IMG/VR virus record: IMGVR_UViG_3300002307_000121
Location: 1-37,525 of that record
From: a virus
Taxonomy: Duplodnaviria; Caudoviricetes
DNA length: 37,525 nt
Direction: 5' to 3' (one strand)
The notes beneath the pieces are model-generated. The model saw nothing but the letters and a program-made list of their open reading frames with translations, did no database searches and was not told the origin of the DNA. Positions 20,343 to 28,743 of this stretch are shown one piece after another. Position 1 is the stretch's first letter; each line of letters begins with the position of its first letter. A program made the position numbers and the translations under genes.

Positions 20343-20984
20343 TCACACTTGATCGTAGAAAATATGTGCTCCAATTTGAGCAAGCCTGACTACATTATTC
20401 CATCTTGGATGAACATAGTTAGCGTGGTAATAGAGTGTGTTTTCCATGCCTTTGACACGAACTCCATCTTTGAGTGCGGCTGTTGCTACACGGACACTCT
20501 CGTCCCACATTTCTCCTGAAGGATGCATGTTACGCAACCTTTGATTTAATGTCCAAGAGAATTGTTTGTGTGCCATCACGACTTGGCAAATGGTTCCTTC
20601 GAAATAAGGATTTTTGGTGCGATTGATAGTAACCTGAGCTACAGCAAATTTACCTTTAGTCGGTTCTGCACCCGCTTCGTGATAAATATTCTTAGCTAGG
20701 CACATTAGGTCCCTTTGTGTATAGTCAACCGAATCGTTGGTTTTGACTATGGCTAAGAATTTTGCCTTCCTGTAACCTTGATCAACAATTTGATCAACAA
20801 TTTGATTAGTTGATACTGTCTCAACGGTTGGCGGTTTGGTTATTTGTTGTGTTGTATTATTTTTTATGTTTTGTTTACCGTTAACTTCATTAGCATAGCT
20901 AAGTCCGATAGTTAACAATAATACTAGAACTAAGCAGTTCCAAATTTTAGCTGCCTGAGCAACTGTAATTTGAGAATTATACAT
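20343..20984 (-). CDS. SleB/CwlJ-like cell wall hydrolase (Hydrolase_2)
   Basis: CLAKNIYHEAGAE, AVAQVTINR, ICQVV...QFSW, YYHANYVHPRW and IGAHIFY motifs. Confidence 0.92.
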   Translation of the reverse strand: MYNSQITVAQAAKIWNCLVLVLLLTIGLSYANEVNGKQNIKNNTTQQITKPPTVETVSTNQIVDQIVDQGYRKAKFLAIVKTNDSVDYTQRDLMCLAKNIYHEAGAEPTKGKFAVAQVTINRTKNPYFEGTICQVVMAHKQFSWTLNQRLRNMHPSGEMWDESVRVATAALKDGVRVKGMENTLYYHANYVHPRWNNVVRLAQIGAHIFYDQV

Positions 20985-21183
20985 TATACTTCCTTAATTG
21001 GGCCGCTCTGTGATACGATAGGTTTTTGTATATAATGTCCTCTGTAGGGACAACCTTATCTATCTACCAAAGTAGCTCTTCCGGCAAACTCTTGAAAGGA
21101 TAAACCGCACCATCTGATGCGGTTTTGAAACTTCCTTGCAAAAAGTTATATGGCAATTAACTGATATAATCAGTTATTTAGGA

Positions 21184-21333
21184 TTAATAATCCTTCTTAG
21201 GATGCTTTTCCTTTCGCTTATAGCGCGTCTTGTTTTCAACACGCTTAGGCTTGAAAGGAGTGCCATGAATATAGAATTCAATGGCTCGCGTCTTTTGACG
21301 CGGAAGTGTGATATGAATTGTTTCTTTTTTCAT
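21184..21333 (-). CDS. Small basic ArfA-like peptide (49 aa, not in ORF track)
   Basis: MKKETIHITLPRQKTRAIEFYIHGTPFKPKRVENKTRYKRKEKHPKKDY*; own promoter TTGACA-N17-TATAGT at 21343-21371. Confidence 0.55.
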   Translation of the reverse strand: MKKETIHITLPRQKTRAIEFYIHGTPFKPKRVENKTRYKRKEKHPKKDY

Positions 21334-21480
21334 AATGATCACACTATACAACCTAAAAAGGGATTTGTCAACCCCATTGTGTTAGAATTCTCACAACTAA
21401 CACATATACTTAGCTGGGTTATGTAGGTATAATATGCTTTTATATAATGATTTCGTCGTGTTTAATGCACAACTCGTCTA

Positions 21481-21786
21481 TCAGTCAAAATCTACAGGAA
21501 ACTCTACAGTCTTAACGCTCTTGACAGTGAAACTGCGCCAACCATTCGCTTCAACATCATATACCGACATAATAGCATCGTTCTGTTTGCGCGGTTCCTT
21601 GCCTTCAACAATTTCCTGCACAGGAAGAAGATCGGACCGAAGAGTACACTTCATAACTCGTTCTGTTCCATCCTTCTTAGTGAAAGTGATAATAGGAGTA
21701 TGGGTGATCAATACGCCCTTTACCCACTTGCTAAACACTTCCCAATCGTTATCGGTGACATTATCAACAGTATTATAGATATTCAT
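21481..21786 (-). CDS. WYL_2 (Sm-like SH3 barrel) domain protein
   Basis: FTKKDGTERVMKCTL...VYDVEANGWRSF signature; GAGGA RBS. Confidence 0.8.
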   Translation of the reverse strand: MNIYNTVDNVTDNDWEVFSKWVKGVLITHTPIITFTKKDGTERVMKCTLRSDLLPVQEIVEGKEPRKQNDAIMSVYDVEANGWRSFTVKSVKTVEFPVDFD

Positions 21787-21794
21787 ATTTCCTC

Positions 21795-22031
21795 TTAATT
21801 CTTCTTGAGCAGGTACCACATAAGGTCGGGTCCCTCTACCTTTACTAGATCAACCGGATACTTGTTAACTGCACTTCTCCGGCGATCATCATTGGTGATG
21901 CGAATCATTTTTGGATTGATCTTGTCAACTTTGCCTAGCTTTAAGTTATTAAAGTCGGGATAAGCAACCCAATCACCTAAAGCTAATACTCTACCAAGAA
22001 TATCCAAATGTTGAACAGGTTCTTTAGCCAT
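21795..22031 (-). CDS. Hypothetical small beta-barrel protein
   Basis: DILGRVLALGDWVAY...GKVDKINPKMIRI pattern; packed in the operon. Confidence 0.6.
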   Translation of the reverse strand: MAKEPVQHLDILGRVLALGDWVAYPDFNNLKLGKVDKINPKMIRITNDDRRRSAVNKYPVDLVKVEGPDLMWYLLKKN

Positions 22032-22033
22032 TG

Positions 22034-22294
22034 TTAGTTCTTTAGCTTATCCCACATTGCAGCTTTGTTCTTTTCGTTTTCACGAGCGCGAACGCCGAGC
22101 TTGTAGGGGAAATAGAAAGGACCACAAATGATGATAAGTGCTAATACAACAGGCCAAAAGATTGCCACTACAGCAGCTACAAAGAATGCACCTGGAAGAT
22201 CAGTATCATGTGATGGTTCTGATCTTCCAATCGAATACGAAAAACAACCGAAAATAGTGACAGTAATAGCTGCCCAAATCAAAGGTAACATCAT
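22034..22294 (-). CDS. Small membrane protein
   Basis: Two hydrophobic segments; ATGA overlap with the upstream gene. Confidence 0.6.
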   Translation of the reverse strand: MMLPLIWAAITVTIFGCFSYSIGRSEPSHDTDLPGAFFVAAVVAIFWPVVLALIIICGPFYFPYKLGVRARENEKNKAAMWDKLKN

Positions 22295-22632
22295 GGCTTA
22301 AGTTCCTTAGGCATAGTAGGCTTACGAAGCTTTAGAATCTTACGATCTGCTTCGCTAAGACGATCATAAGCATTCTTTTTAATTTCATAGATTCTCCAAG
22401 CTTCTCTGCGCTTCTCAACAATAACACTAGCCTGCTTTACCGTGCTAGCCCACCATTCGCGGCTTTCATCGTCACGAAGGAACAAAAACGCAGCATGACC
22501 GCTCTTAACAAGCTGAACCATGCTCTTGCGCAAGAGGCGCTCGTGAACATTGAAATAGTTCTTTTTGTCCGTGTTACGAAGTATTTCTTCGTAGATTTCC
22601 GGAGCAATCTGTAATTCAGTTTCTTCGGTCAT
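22291..22632 (-). CDS. Hypothetical protein
   Basis: 113 aa ORF with ATGA-coupled ends. Confidence 0.6.
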   Translation of the reverse strand: MTEETELQIAPEIYEEILRNTDKKNYFNVHERLLRKSMVQLVKSGHAAFLFLRDDESREWWASTVKQASVIVEKRREAWRIYEIKKNAYDRLSEADRKILKLRKPTMPKELKP

Positions 22633-23057
22633 CGCTTAGTAACCTTTTTAGCCTTCTTGAGTAGACCAAACGCCTCAAGTTCTTCTGGAGTTAGCTTCGT
22701 CATGACTTCTTCACGCTTTGCCTGCTCAATAGCTCTCTTTTCAGCAAGCTTACGAAGCCGTTCCTCTTCACGTTCACGTGCCTTTTCCTTAGCAATCTTA
22801 TCGCTAAGAACCTGGTTCCAATAATATCGTACCGTTGAGTTCTTTTTGATCAATGTTGCAAAATCAACGCCGTTTGCATATGCTTCAAGAACAATCGTAG
22901 CAACTTCGTCACCACGAGTGTCATTGTATCCTTTGTATGAATAAACCATATCTTTCTCGTTTTTAGAGTCCTTCATTAAACTATGGTAAATGTTACGATG
23001 TTCAAAATAATATGTAATATTTTGCAGGGCAGTGTCCCAATATTCATCGTCATCCAT
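22629..23057 (-). CDS. Hypothetical protein with C-terminal coiled coil
   Basis: AKREEVMTKLTPEELEAFGL tail; promoter -10 lies 9 nt upstream of the ATG. Confidence 0.65.
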   Translation of the reverse strand: MDDDEYWDTALQNITYYFEHRNIYHSLMKDSKNEKDMVYSYKGYNDTRGDEVATIVLEAYANGVDFATLIKKNSTVRYYWNQVLSDKIAKEKAREREEERLRKLAEKRAIEQAKREEVMTKLTPEELEAFGLLKKAKKVTKR

Positions 23058-23304
23058 GATAGATTCACTATAGTATAAATTGTGAATAGTGTCAACTGAT
23101 GATCTGTTCTATAAGGGTTTTTTGGCTACCTTATTCTACTTCGGAGCGCGTCATAACAAAAGTGCAATCAGAATAGTCAATGAGTTTAAGCATCTGGATT
23201 GATACTTCTGCTTTACCTTCATCATTATATACTCCTGAAATTCCTGCATAGGTACTATCAGGATAAAAATAGCTTACTACGTAAACAATCATTTTTACGT
23301 CTCC

Positions 23305-23907
23305 TTAGTCAATTGCAGGACCATTGCCCTGACGAAAACCAACTTGGCCACCCTGATCCTTGATCTTCTGAATCACTTCTTCAAACAGGATAGGACGATA
23401 ATCAGTATGCTCAACACTAACACAGAAGTAATCAGGGTCAATGTCTTCGCTATACAGGAGTTCACCAGTCTTCACGTTAACGCCACGCAGCTTACGGACA
23501 CGGTTGGCGTGCAGATGACCATGGATGTTGGCACCAAAACGAGCGATGCTGTCCTTGTGAACAGGAATGTGGCTCAGGATGCAACCATTCATAACATGAT
23601 AAGCGCGAATATCACGAAAATACTTCGTATAGTCATTTAGCTTGAAAATGTCGTGGTTGCCCTTGATCAGAACCTTATCGCCGTTCAGGCGGTCCAGAAT
23701 TTGCAGGCTCTTGCGATTGATCACAACATCACCCAGGTGATAGACTTTATCGTTGGGTCCGACAGTTTCGTTCCAACGCTTGACCATTTCCTCGTCCATC
23801 TCCTCAACGGAATCCCAAGGGCGAGTCTTTGTGCCATCATAGTTATGGAATTTGCAGATGTTGGTGTGACCGAAATGGGTATCGCTAGTCAGAAAAACGC
23901 TAGGCAT
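23305..23907 (-). CDS. Calcineurin-like metallophosphoesterase
   Basis: SDTHFGH, YHLGD, GNHD, SH.P and HGHLH motifs. Confidence 0.92.
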   Translation of the reverse strand: MPSVFLTSDTHFGHTNICKFHNYDGTKTRPWDSVEEMDEEMVKRWNETVGPNDKVYHLGDVVINRKSLQILDRLNGDKVLIKGNHDIFKLNDYTKYFRDIRAYHVMNGCILSHIPVHKDSIARFGANIHGHLHANRVRKLRGVNVKTGELLYSEDIDPDYFCVSVEHTDYRPILFEEVIQKIKDQGGQVGFRQGNGPAID

Positions 23908-23975
23908 AAATGTTCCTTTCAAGTATCTTTGTATATCATTTTGGGGGGATTGTCAAGTCTATAATAGGCTAAAAT

Positions 23976-24485
23976 TTAGAATGGAATGTTGATATCGCCG
24001 TAGAAGGGTGCACCCTCATTACGGATTCGCTTGATGAATTGTAGATAGGAGCTGCATACACCATAGTTGTATAGCCTAAGTGTGCTTAGCAATCCCATGT
24101 CAGTTACTTCGGGTAGTGCTACTACGCAGTTGTTATCGGTAGCTACGGTTCCAAATACCCAACTGCGTCCATCGCTTACGGTAACTGATTGTGGTTGAGG
24201 ATCAGGTACCTGAAAATAATGTGGATATAGTTTACTAGGTTGGGTTAGCAAATAAGCATACATGTCGCTGTTTCTAGCATTTATCCAGAATCTATTACCT
24301 TGTAAATATTGACTAGTCACTTGAGTAATAGGTTCATCATTGCCTAAGTAGAAGTTATCTCCTACTTTCCATGCATCAACCATGACGGAACACCCCTTGT
24401 TGAAAGCTTTCGCTATCTGAACAGGGGTGTTAGCATCTTGAAAGTTGGTTCCGTCGAATATTCCACGATAAGAAATGTATAGCAT
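23976..24485 (-). CDS. GDPD/PLC-like phosphodiesterase homologue, probably degenerate
   Basis: ISYRG...ANT...VMVDAW...LGND aligns by eye with the family pattern ISHRG...ENT...VEIDVW...LGHD; late promoter ATAAATA just upstream. Confidence 0.55.
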   Translation of the reverse strand: MLYISYRGIFDGTNFQDANTPVQIAKAFNKGCSVMVDAWKVGDNFYLGNDEPITQVTSQYLQGNRFWINARNSDMYAYLLTQPSKLYPHYFQVPDPQPQSVTVSDGRSWVFGTVATDNNCVVALPEVTDMGLLSTLRLYNYGVCSSYLQFIKRIRNEGAPFYGDINIPF

Positions 24486-24649
24486 AATAGTATTTATGCT
24501 ATATTTTAGACACACTAGTCCTGCAAAGCCTGGGTCCGGCATTTATCGTCTTTGACAGCAGTTCGTAGTGTATAGCCGACATATGCGCCCATATGTTTTT
24601 GCACTGATTTTTCGCTCAATTACTTGAGTATATCGGTTTGTCTAAAGTT

Positions 24650-24724
24650 TGGAGCGAACGATGGGGGTCGAACCCACGACCTTCTGGTTGGCAACCAGAT
24701 GCTCTACCACTGAGCTACGTTCGC
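24650..24724 (-). tRNA. tRNA-Gly(GCC)
   Basis: Cloverleaf; anticodon arm TCTGG-TTGCCAA-CCAGA; U73; encoded CCA. Confidence 0.95.
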
Positions 24725-24731
24725 ATTACTC

Positions 24732-24805
24732 TGGAGCGTATGAAGGGAATCGAACCCTCGTCATCTGGTTGGAAGCCAGAAGCTCTACCATTGAGCTACA
24801 TACGC
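24732..24805 (-). tRNA. tRNA-Gly(TCC)
   Basis: TCTGG-CTTCCAA-CCAGA; U73; CCA. Confidence 0.95.
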
Positions 24806-24898
24806 AATAATCTTGCTACTCATTTGCTAGACTTGCGAGTTGTGCAAGTCACCTCTGACCCGAAGCATCAGTAGGAGGTTAGTAGCTACCTAAGTAAC

Positions 24899-24977
24899 TG
24901 GTTGCGGGGGTCGGATTTGAACCGACGATTTCCGGCTTATGAGACCAGCGAGGACAACCTGACTCCTCTACCCCACG
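24899..24977 (-). tRNA. Initiator tRNA-fMet(CAT)
   Basis: CAT anticodon; C1:A72 mismatch; ...CGCAACCA end. Confidence 0.88.
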
Positions 24978-24980
24978 ATA

Positions 24981-25111
24981 TAAACTATTTAGAAGAACAC
25001 ACAAATATGAAGAATGTTGACGCATTTTCAATTGCAGTCCGTCAAAACCACCGACTCCTTGTTATCGCACAGGGTTAGCTTTTGCCGATGTGTGTTCATC
25101 AAAATAGTCTA
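24981..25111 (-). ncRNA. Candidate ~130-nt structured RNA
   Basis: ~22-bp imperfect terminal helix enclosing two hairpins; no ORF. Confidence 0.5.
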
Positions 25112-25132
25112 ATATTATTTAGTCTATTTCTT

Positions 25133-25965
25133 ACAAAGCATGAGATTACTGCTTTAAACGAGTGACTTTGGTCATTACCGAATCCCTTGCGAGGACCGTT
25201 CTACCGTTATCCACTAACGCCTTTTACGGTCAGTTAGTATCACTCAATGCTGCCTTTTTGAGAGTCTGGCGTTTGACTCGTCGCATATGTCTACTCGACC
25301 ATCTATCTTTCGCTAGCCTTGCGGGCTATTCAAGGTCGCTAAACCCTTACGCTTTCTTTCCGATCAATCAGTTCAGCCTTGCGAGCCTTCCTGAACCACA
25401 TTCCCTTGCGAGTGTGGTATTAAGCATCTTTAAACATATACCGGAGCAGTCTTTCGCTTTTGTGTGACAAACCAGGAGTTGAACCTAGATCGACAGTTCC
25501 ATAAACTGTTGCATTACCATTATGCAATTTGCGAACCTACCAAGATGTGCTGCTCCAGTTGCTCCATACCTTGTTAGATACAGAATACAACACACCCCAT
25601 GTCTTTTGCCTTGCGGGCTACTCAACCATACTTTACGATTCCGGAGCAAGTGTCCTCCTTCTTCGCTTGTATTGCTATCTTGCCTTTCCTTGCGGGTCAG
25701 ACTCGATAACTACACGTTAACATTCAGTATTCGTCAGTTTGGCTGTACATCGTGAGAGCGCCAACCCTCTTATCTACTCACCGATTCGGCTCTGTAGACT
25801 ATCCCCTTCGGGACGACATACCTGACTTACTACTTACCGCCTTCCTACAGACGGCCCTTTCGGGTAGTTCGTGCTTGCATAGATGGACTCTTACGAGCGC
25901 AAGTGCGTAGGCTTTCTTGCTTTGACAGAGATTACTCCCTGCTACCCTAATGAGGCTATGCCCCC
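25133..25965 (-). ncRNA. Large ornate RNA, GOLLD-like (boundaries approximate)
   Basis: ~830 nt with no credible ORF; six C-GCAA-G plus C-GTAA-G and C-GAAA-G capped hairpins on the minus strand; embedded tRNA-like domain; own promoter; tRNA-array context. Confidence 0.75.
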
Positions 25966-25978
25966 AATTCTTATTCAA

Positions 25979-26050
25979 TTTTCAAAGAGCTAAGACAGAT
26001 AGTTTCTGTCTTGATAAATTCATTATATATATTCTTGCTACCATTGTCAA
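25979..26050 (-). promoter_or_regulatory. Consensus sigma70 promoter + hairpin + boxA antitermination leader
   Basis: TTGACA-N17-TATAAT (26050-26022); hairpin AAGACAGA/TCTGTCTT; GCTCTTTGAAAA (25990-25979). Confidence 0.75.
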
Positions 26051-26146
26051 GAACTTTTTCATTTTTTTTTCAAAAAAGATAAATAAAAGTGTAGTTCGCG
26101 GTACAGCAATACCCAACTACTCTAACGCTTACGAGGAGCAATCAGC

Positions 26147-26674
26147 ATGTGTATTTATTGCGGTACCAAGTACTACAGAAAAATTTATGAGAACCACGTG
26201 GGTTCTATTCCCAAAGACGAAACCGGTCGATCATATGATATTCATCATAAAGACGGCGATCATTCTAATAATCACTACACTAACCTAGTCGCACTAACCA
26301 TTAAAGATCACTATGACGCACATTACGCTAATAATGATTGGGCGGCTTGTCTAATCATGTCAGCAAGAATGTCGCTTTCAGCGAAAGCTAAATCCGAACT
26401 AGCTAAACAATCAGTGGCTAGACAACTCACTAATGATAAACACGCTTGGAAGGGTGGCGATCATCAGCGAAACCTTGCTTTGAAGCGTTCACTTGATGGT
26501 TCTCATCCTTTTTTGGGAGGAGAAATACAACGAGAGCATAATTTGCGCCGAGTAGCAGATGGTTCACATCCTTTCACAAAAAAACAAACATGTGAGCATT
26601 GCGGAAAGCAAGCTAACTTAGGAATGTATGCTCGGTGGCACGGAGATAACTGCAAACACAAACATCAATCGTAA
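26147..26674 (+). CDS. Free-standing HNH endonuclease (paralogue 2)
   Basis: MCIYCGT.YYRKIYENH, DIHHKDGDHSNNHYTNL, GSHPFL repeats, CEHC...RWHGDNC. Confidence 0.88.
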   Translation: MCIYCGTKYYRKIYENHVGSIPKDETGRSYDIHHKDGDHSNNHYTNLVALTIKDHYDAHYANNDWAACLIMSARMSLSAKAKSELAKQSVARQLTNDKHAWKGGDHQRNLALKRSLDGSHPFLGGEIQREHNLRRVADGSHPFTKKQTCEHCGKQANLGMYARWHGDNCKHKHQS

Positions 26675-26901
26675 ACTTCTTCACGGGTATTGTTAGCAAA
26701 CTCAACCAGTGCAGCGGCCAGTTCCAGTGCCTGCGCCTTGTCCAGTTGCATATACCAGTAACCAAAATCGGGCTTGTTGCGCTCAGTTTCTGGCTTCTGG
26801 AAAGTCAGTTGAACGCAACTTCCTTTGTCTGCACCGCCGAAGTAGCGAACCATAGAAACTTCACCAGTCTGACCAGTGACTCCCTTGAGTTGCGTAGACA
26901 T
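26665..26901 (-). CDS. Hypothetical protein
   Basis: 78 aa; AAGGA RBS; promoter at 26935-26963. Confidence 0.65.
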   Translation of the reverse strand: MSTQLKGVTGQTGEVSMVRYFGGADKGSCVQLTFQKPETERNKPDFGYWYMQLDKAQALELAAALVEFANNTREEVYD

Positions 26902-26994
26902 TAGAAAGTTCCTTTCATCTGCTCTTGATATACTCTTATAACAAGATATCAGGCTATTGTCAAGAACTTTTTTGCCTATTTTTCAAAAAAGTTT

Positions 26995-27221
26995 GGGAGA
27001 GAAAGATTAAGTGATAGACAATGCAATTCACAGCGACTCACCCTTTCGGGCCTGTCTATAGACACTAAACACTAAACAAGCTGCAAAAATAGCTTACTTC
27101 CGAGACAAACAATTCACAAAGTTGAATAAAGTCTGGTTCATGCTATTATACGCTAAAAGCGTTGCGATCTATAATACCATCCAGGTATTAGGGTGTCTAC
27201 TCTCGTCTCTCTTTCTCTCCC
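26995..27221 (-). ncRNA. Candidate ~225-nt RNA with internal heptamer repeats
   Basis: Perfect 12-bp terminal helix GGGAGAGAAAGA/TCTTTCTCTCCC; TGTnnnn repeats inside. Confidence 0.55.
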
Positions 27222-27261
27222 TGGTAGCCCCGTTTGGGGAGCAAAATGGGCTACCAAACTG

Positions 27262-27822
27262 TTAAAGAATATCCTCAGCAGTCAATGTTGCAACTGTCTC
27301 GTCAGAGAGGGTGATGGTTGTGCGAACATTAAGTTCAAGCAACTCATCCTGCAACTTCTGCTTTTCCTTCTTAGCCTTGACGGCAAGGCGAGAAAGAGTC
27401 TTGATATCCGTTTCAGTGAACACCGAAGTCTCTACTTCTGCCTTAGCGTAGTAACTATCCTCTGTGCGATTGGCAATCTTTTCAAGCTTGCCCTGAATGA
27501 CTTCGGCAGCGAGACGCTCCCTAGTCTTGCTATGCGTAGTGAAGAAGGTAACTTCCTTCTCCAAGAAGGCAAGATCAGCTAGACGACCATCAATGTCGTT
27601 TGCTGCATTAGCAGCAGCAGTTGCCTTACGGATCTCGTAGAGACCACGGAGCAAGTTGTTGCGACGATTGATGTTATCAAAGAAAGTCTTTGATGCGCTA
27701 GCGATCACTTCTTCCGGCTTCTGGAATTCATTGATTCCAACCTCGGTCTTGAATTCAAGACCCTTGAGAGCCTCGTTGATTGCAACTTGAAGTGCATTTG
27801 CCTTACGTAGTGAAACTTGCAT
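27262..27822 (-). CDS. Helical-hairpin / coiled-coil hypothetical protein
   Basis: MQVSLRKANALQ...LQDELLELNVRTTITL; GAGGA RBS. Confidence 0.7.
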   Translation of the reverse strand: MQVSLRKANALQVAINEALKGLEFKTEVGINEFQKPEEVIASASKTFFDNINRRNNLLRGLYEIRKATAAANAANDIDGRLADLAFLEKEVTFFTTHSKTRERLAAEVIQGKLEKIANRTEDSYYAKAEVETSVFTETDIKTLSRLAVKAKKEKQKLQDELLELNVRTTITLSDETVATLTAEDIL

Positions 27823-27884
27823 GTTTTTCCTCTTTTTCAAACTTACTGTGTCTTTATATCAAAAACTCTACTATATGTAAAGTG

Positions 27885-28008
27885 TTTTGGGTAAGTAGCA
27901 CACTCCATTCTAGCCGCGCAGTGTATATTCTTGCTGCTATCCACCGGCGGAGAACTTAGTGTTTAGCCGGTGGTCGGTGTAGCGTCTAGCCTAACATACT
28001 ACTCAAAA
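27885..28008 (-). ncRNA. Candidate ~125-nt structured RNA directly after a tRNA CCA
   Basis: Terminal helix TTTTGAGTAGTA/TACTTACCCAAAA; internal CCACCGGC/GCCGGTGG stem. Confidence 0.45.
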
Positions 28009-28009
28009 T

Positions 28010-28084
28010 TGGTGACGCGAGGTGGAATTGAACCACCGACATGGAGCTTATGAGACTCCTGTTCTACCACTGAACTACCGCGCC
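28010..28084 (-). tRNA. tRNA-Met(CAT), probably elongator
   Basis: GGAGT-CTCATAA-GCTCC; G1-C72 paired; Met versus Ile2 not resolved by eye. Confidence 0.85.
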
Positions 28085-28091
28085 ATTAATA

Positions 28092-28167
28092 TGGTGCCTT
28101 TACCCTGACTCGAACAGGGGCCTCGACCTTAGGAGTGTCTTGCTCTATCCAGTTAAGCTATAAAGGC
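28092..28167 (-). tRNA. tRNA-Arg(CCT)
   Basis: Loop CTCCTAA; A20 in the D-loop; anticodon stem has two mismatches; CCA. Confidence 0.85.
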
Positions 28168-28172
28168 ATTAT

Positions 28173-28580
28173 TTAGCAAAAAGTCTTAATCGCTTTCAAA
28201 TCTTCACCGATGTTGTCTTCATTGATTGGACCAAGACCCAAACAAGTGGTCGTTGGTTCATTAAACACCGTGAAACCAGCATCCGTTACCAGACTGGTAC
28301 CACAAATGTCCTTGTACTTTTCCTGTAGAGCCTTAAGCTCATCCACGGTGTCTACGATCAGCGTGATCTTATAAGCACGTTCGCTATTTTTATAAGCATT
28401 TGCTTGGCTGCTCTTTCGAACGGATGCTTCGGCGCTGGCGGCGCTGCTGTGATCAATAATCGTAGCATCCCAAAAAGCGTGTAGATAAGCATGTCCGCTC
28501 ATTGAGGCTAGTTTCCCTCGGACACCGTTCATCTTCTTAACAGATTCGTTTGCAAATATGCAGTACATTTTAACTTTCAT
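28173..28580 (-). CDS. pth2: Peptidyl-tRNA hydrolase, Pth2 type
   Basis: GKLASMSGHA, KITL and V.DAGFT......TCLGLGP signature. Confidence 0.9.
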   Translation of the reverse strand: MKVKMYCIFANESVKKMNGVRGKLASMSGHAYLHAFWDATIIDHSSAASAEASVRKSSQANAYKNSERAYKITLIVDTVDELKALQEKYKDICGTSLVTDAGFTVFNEPTTTCLGLGPINEDNIGEDLKAIKTFC

Positions 28581-28743
28581 CTTCATCTTCACCTAGATAA
28601 TATTCTTTCAAAGCATCATAATCAATATGATATTCTCGCTTTAGAAATTCAACTACTTTCCTTGCGGTAAACATATCCAACCCACAGTTAGCGGTTAGGT
28701 CGATTACTAGTTCGTGATAAACATCAGCAGTCTTACTTTTCAT
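28570..28743 (-). CDS. Small hypothetical protein
   Basis: MKSKTAD start after AAGGA; promoter at 28778-28806. Confidence 0.5.
   Translation of the reverse strand: MKSKTADVYHELVIDLTANCGLDMFTARKVVEFLKREYHIDYDALKEYYLGEDEDES

Noticed and set aside
24638-25755. Plus-strand ORFs over the tRNAs and the giant RNA
   Set aside because: Antisense to RNA genes, with atypical composition and no recognisable motifs.
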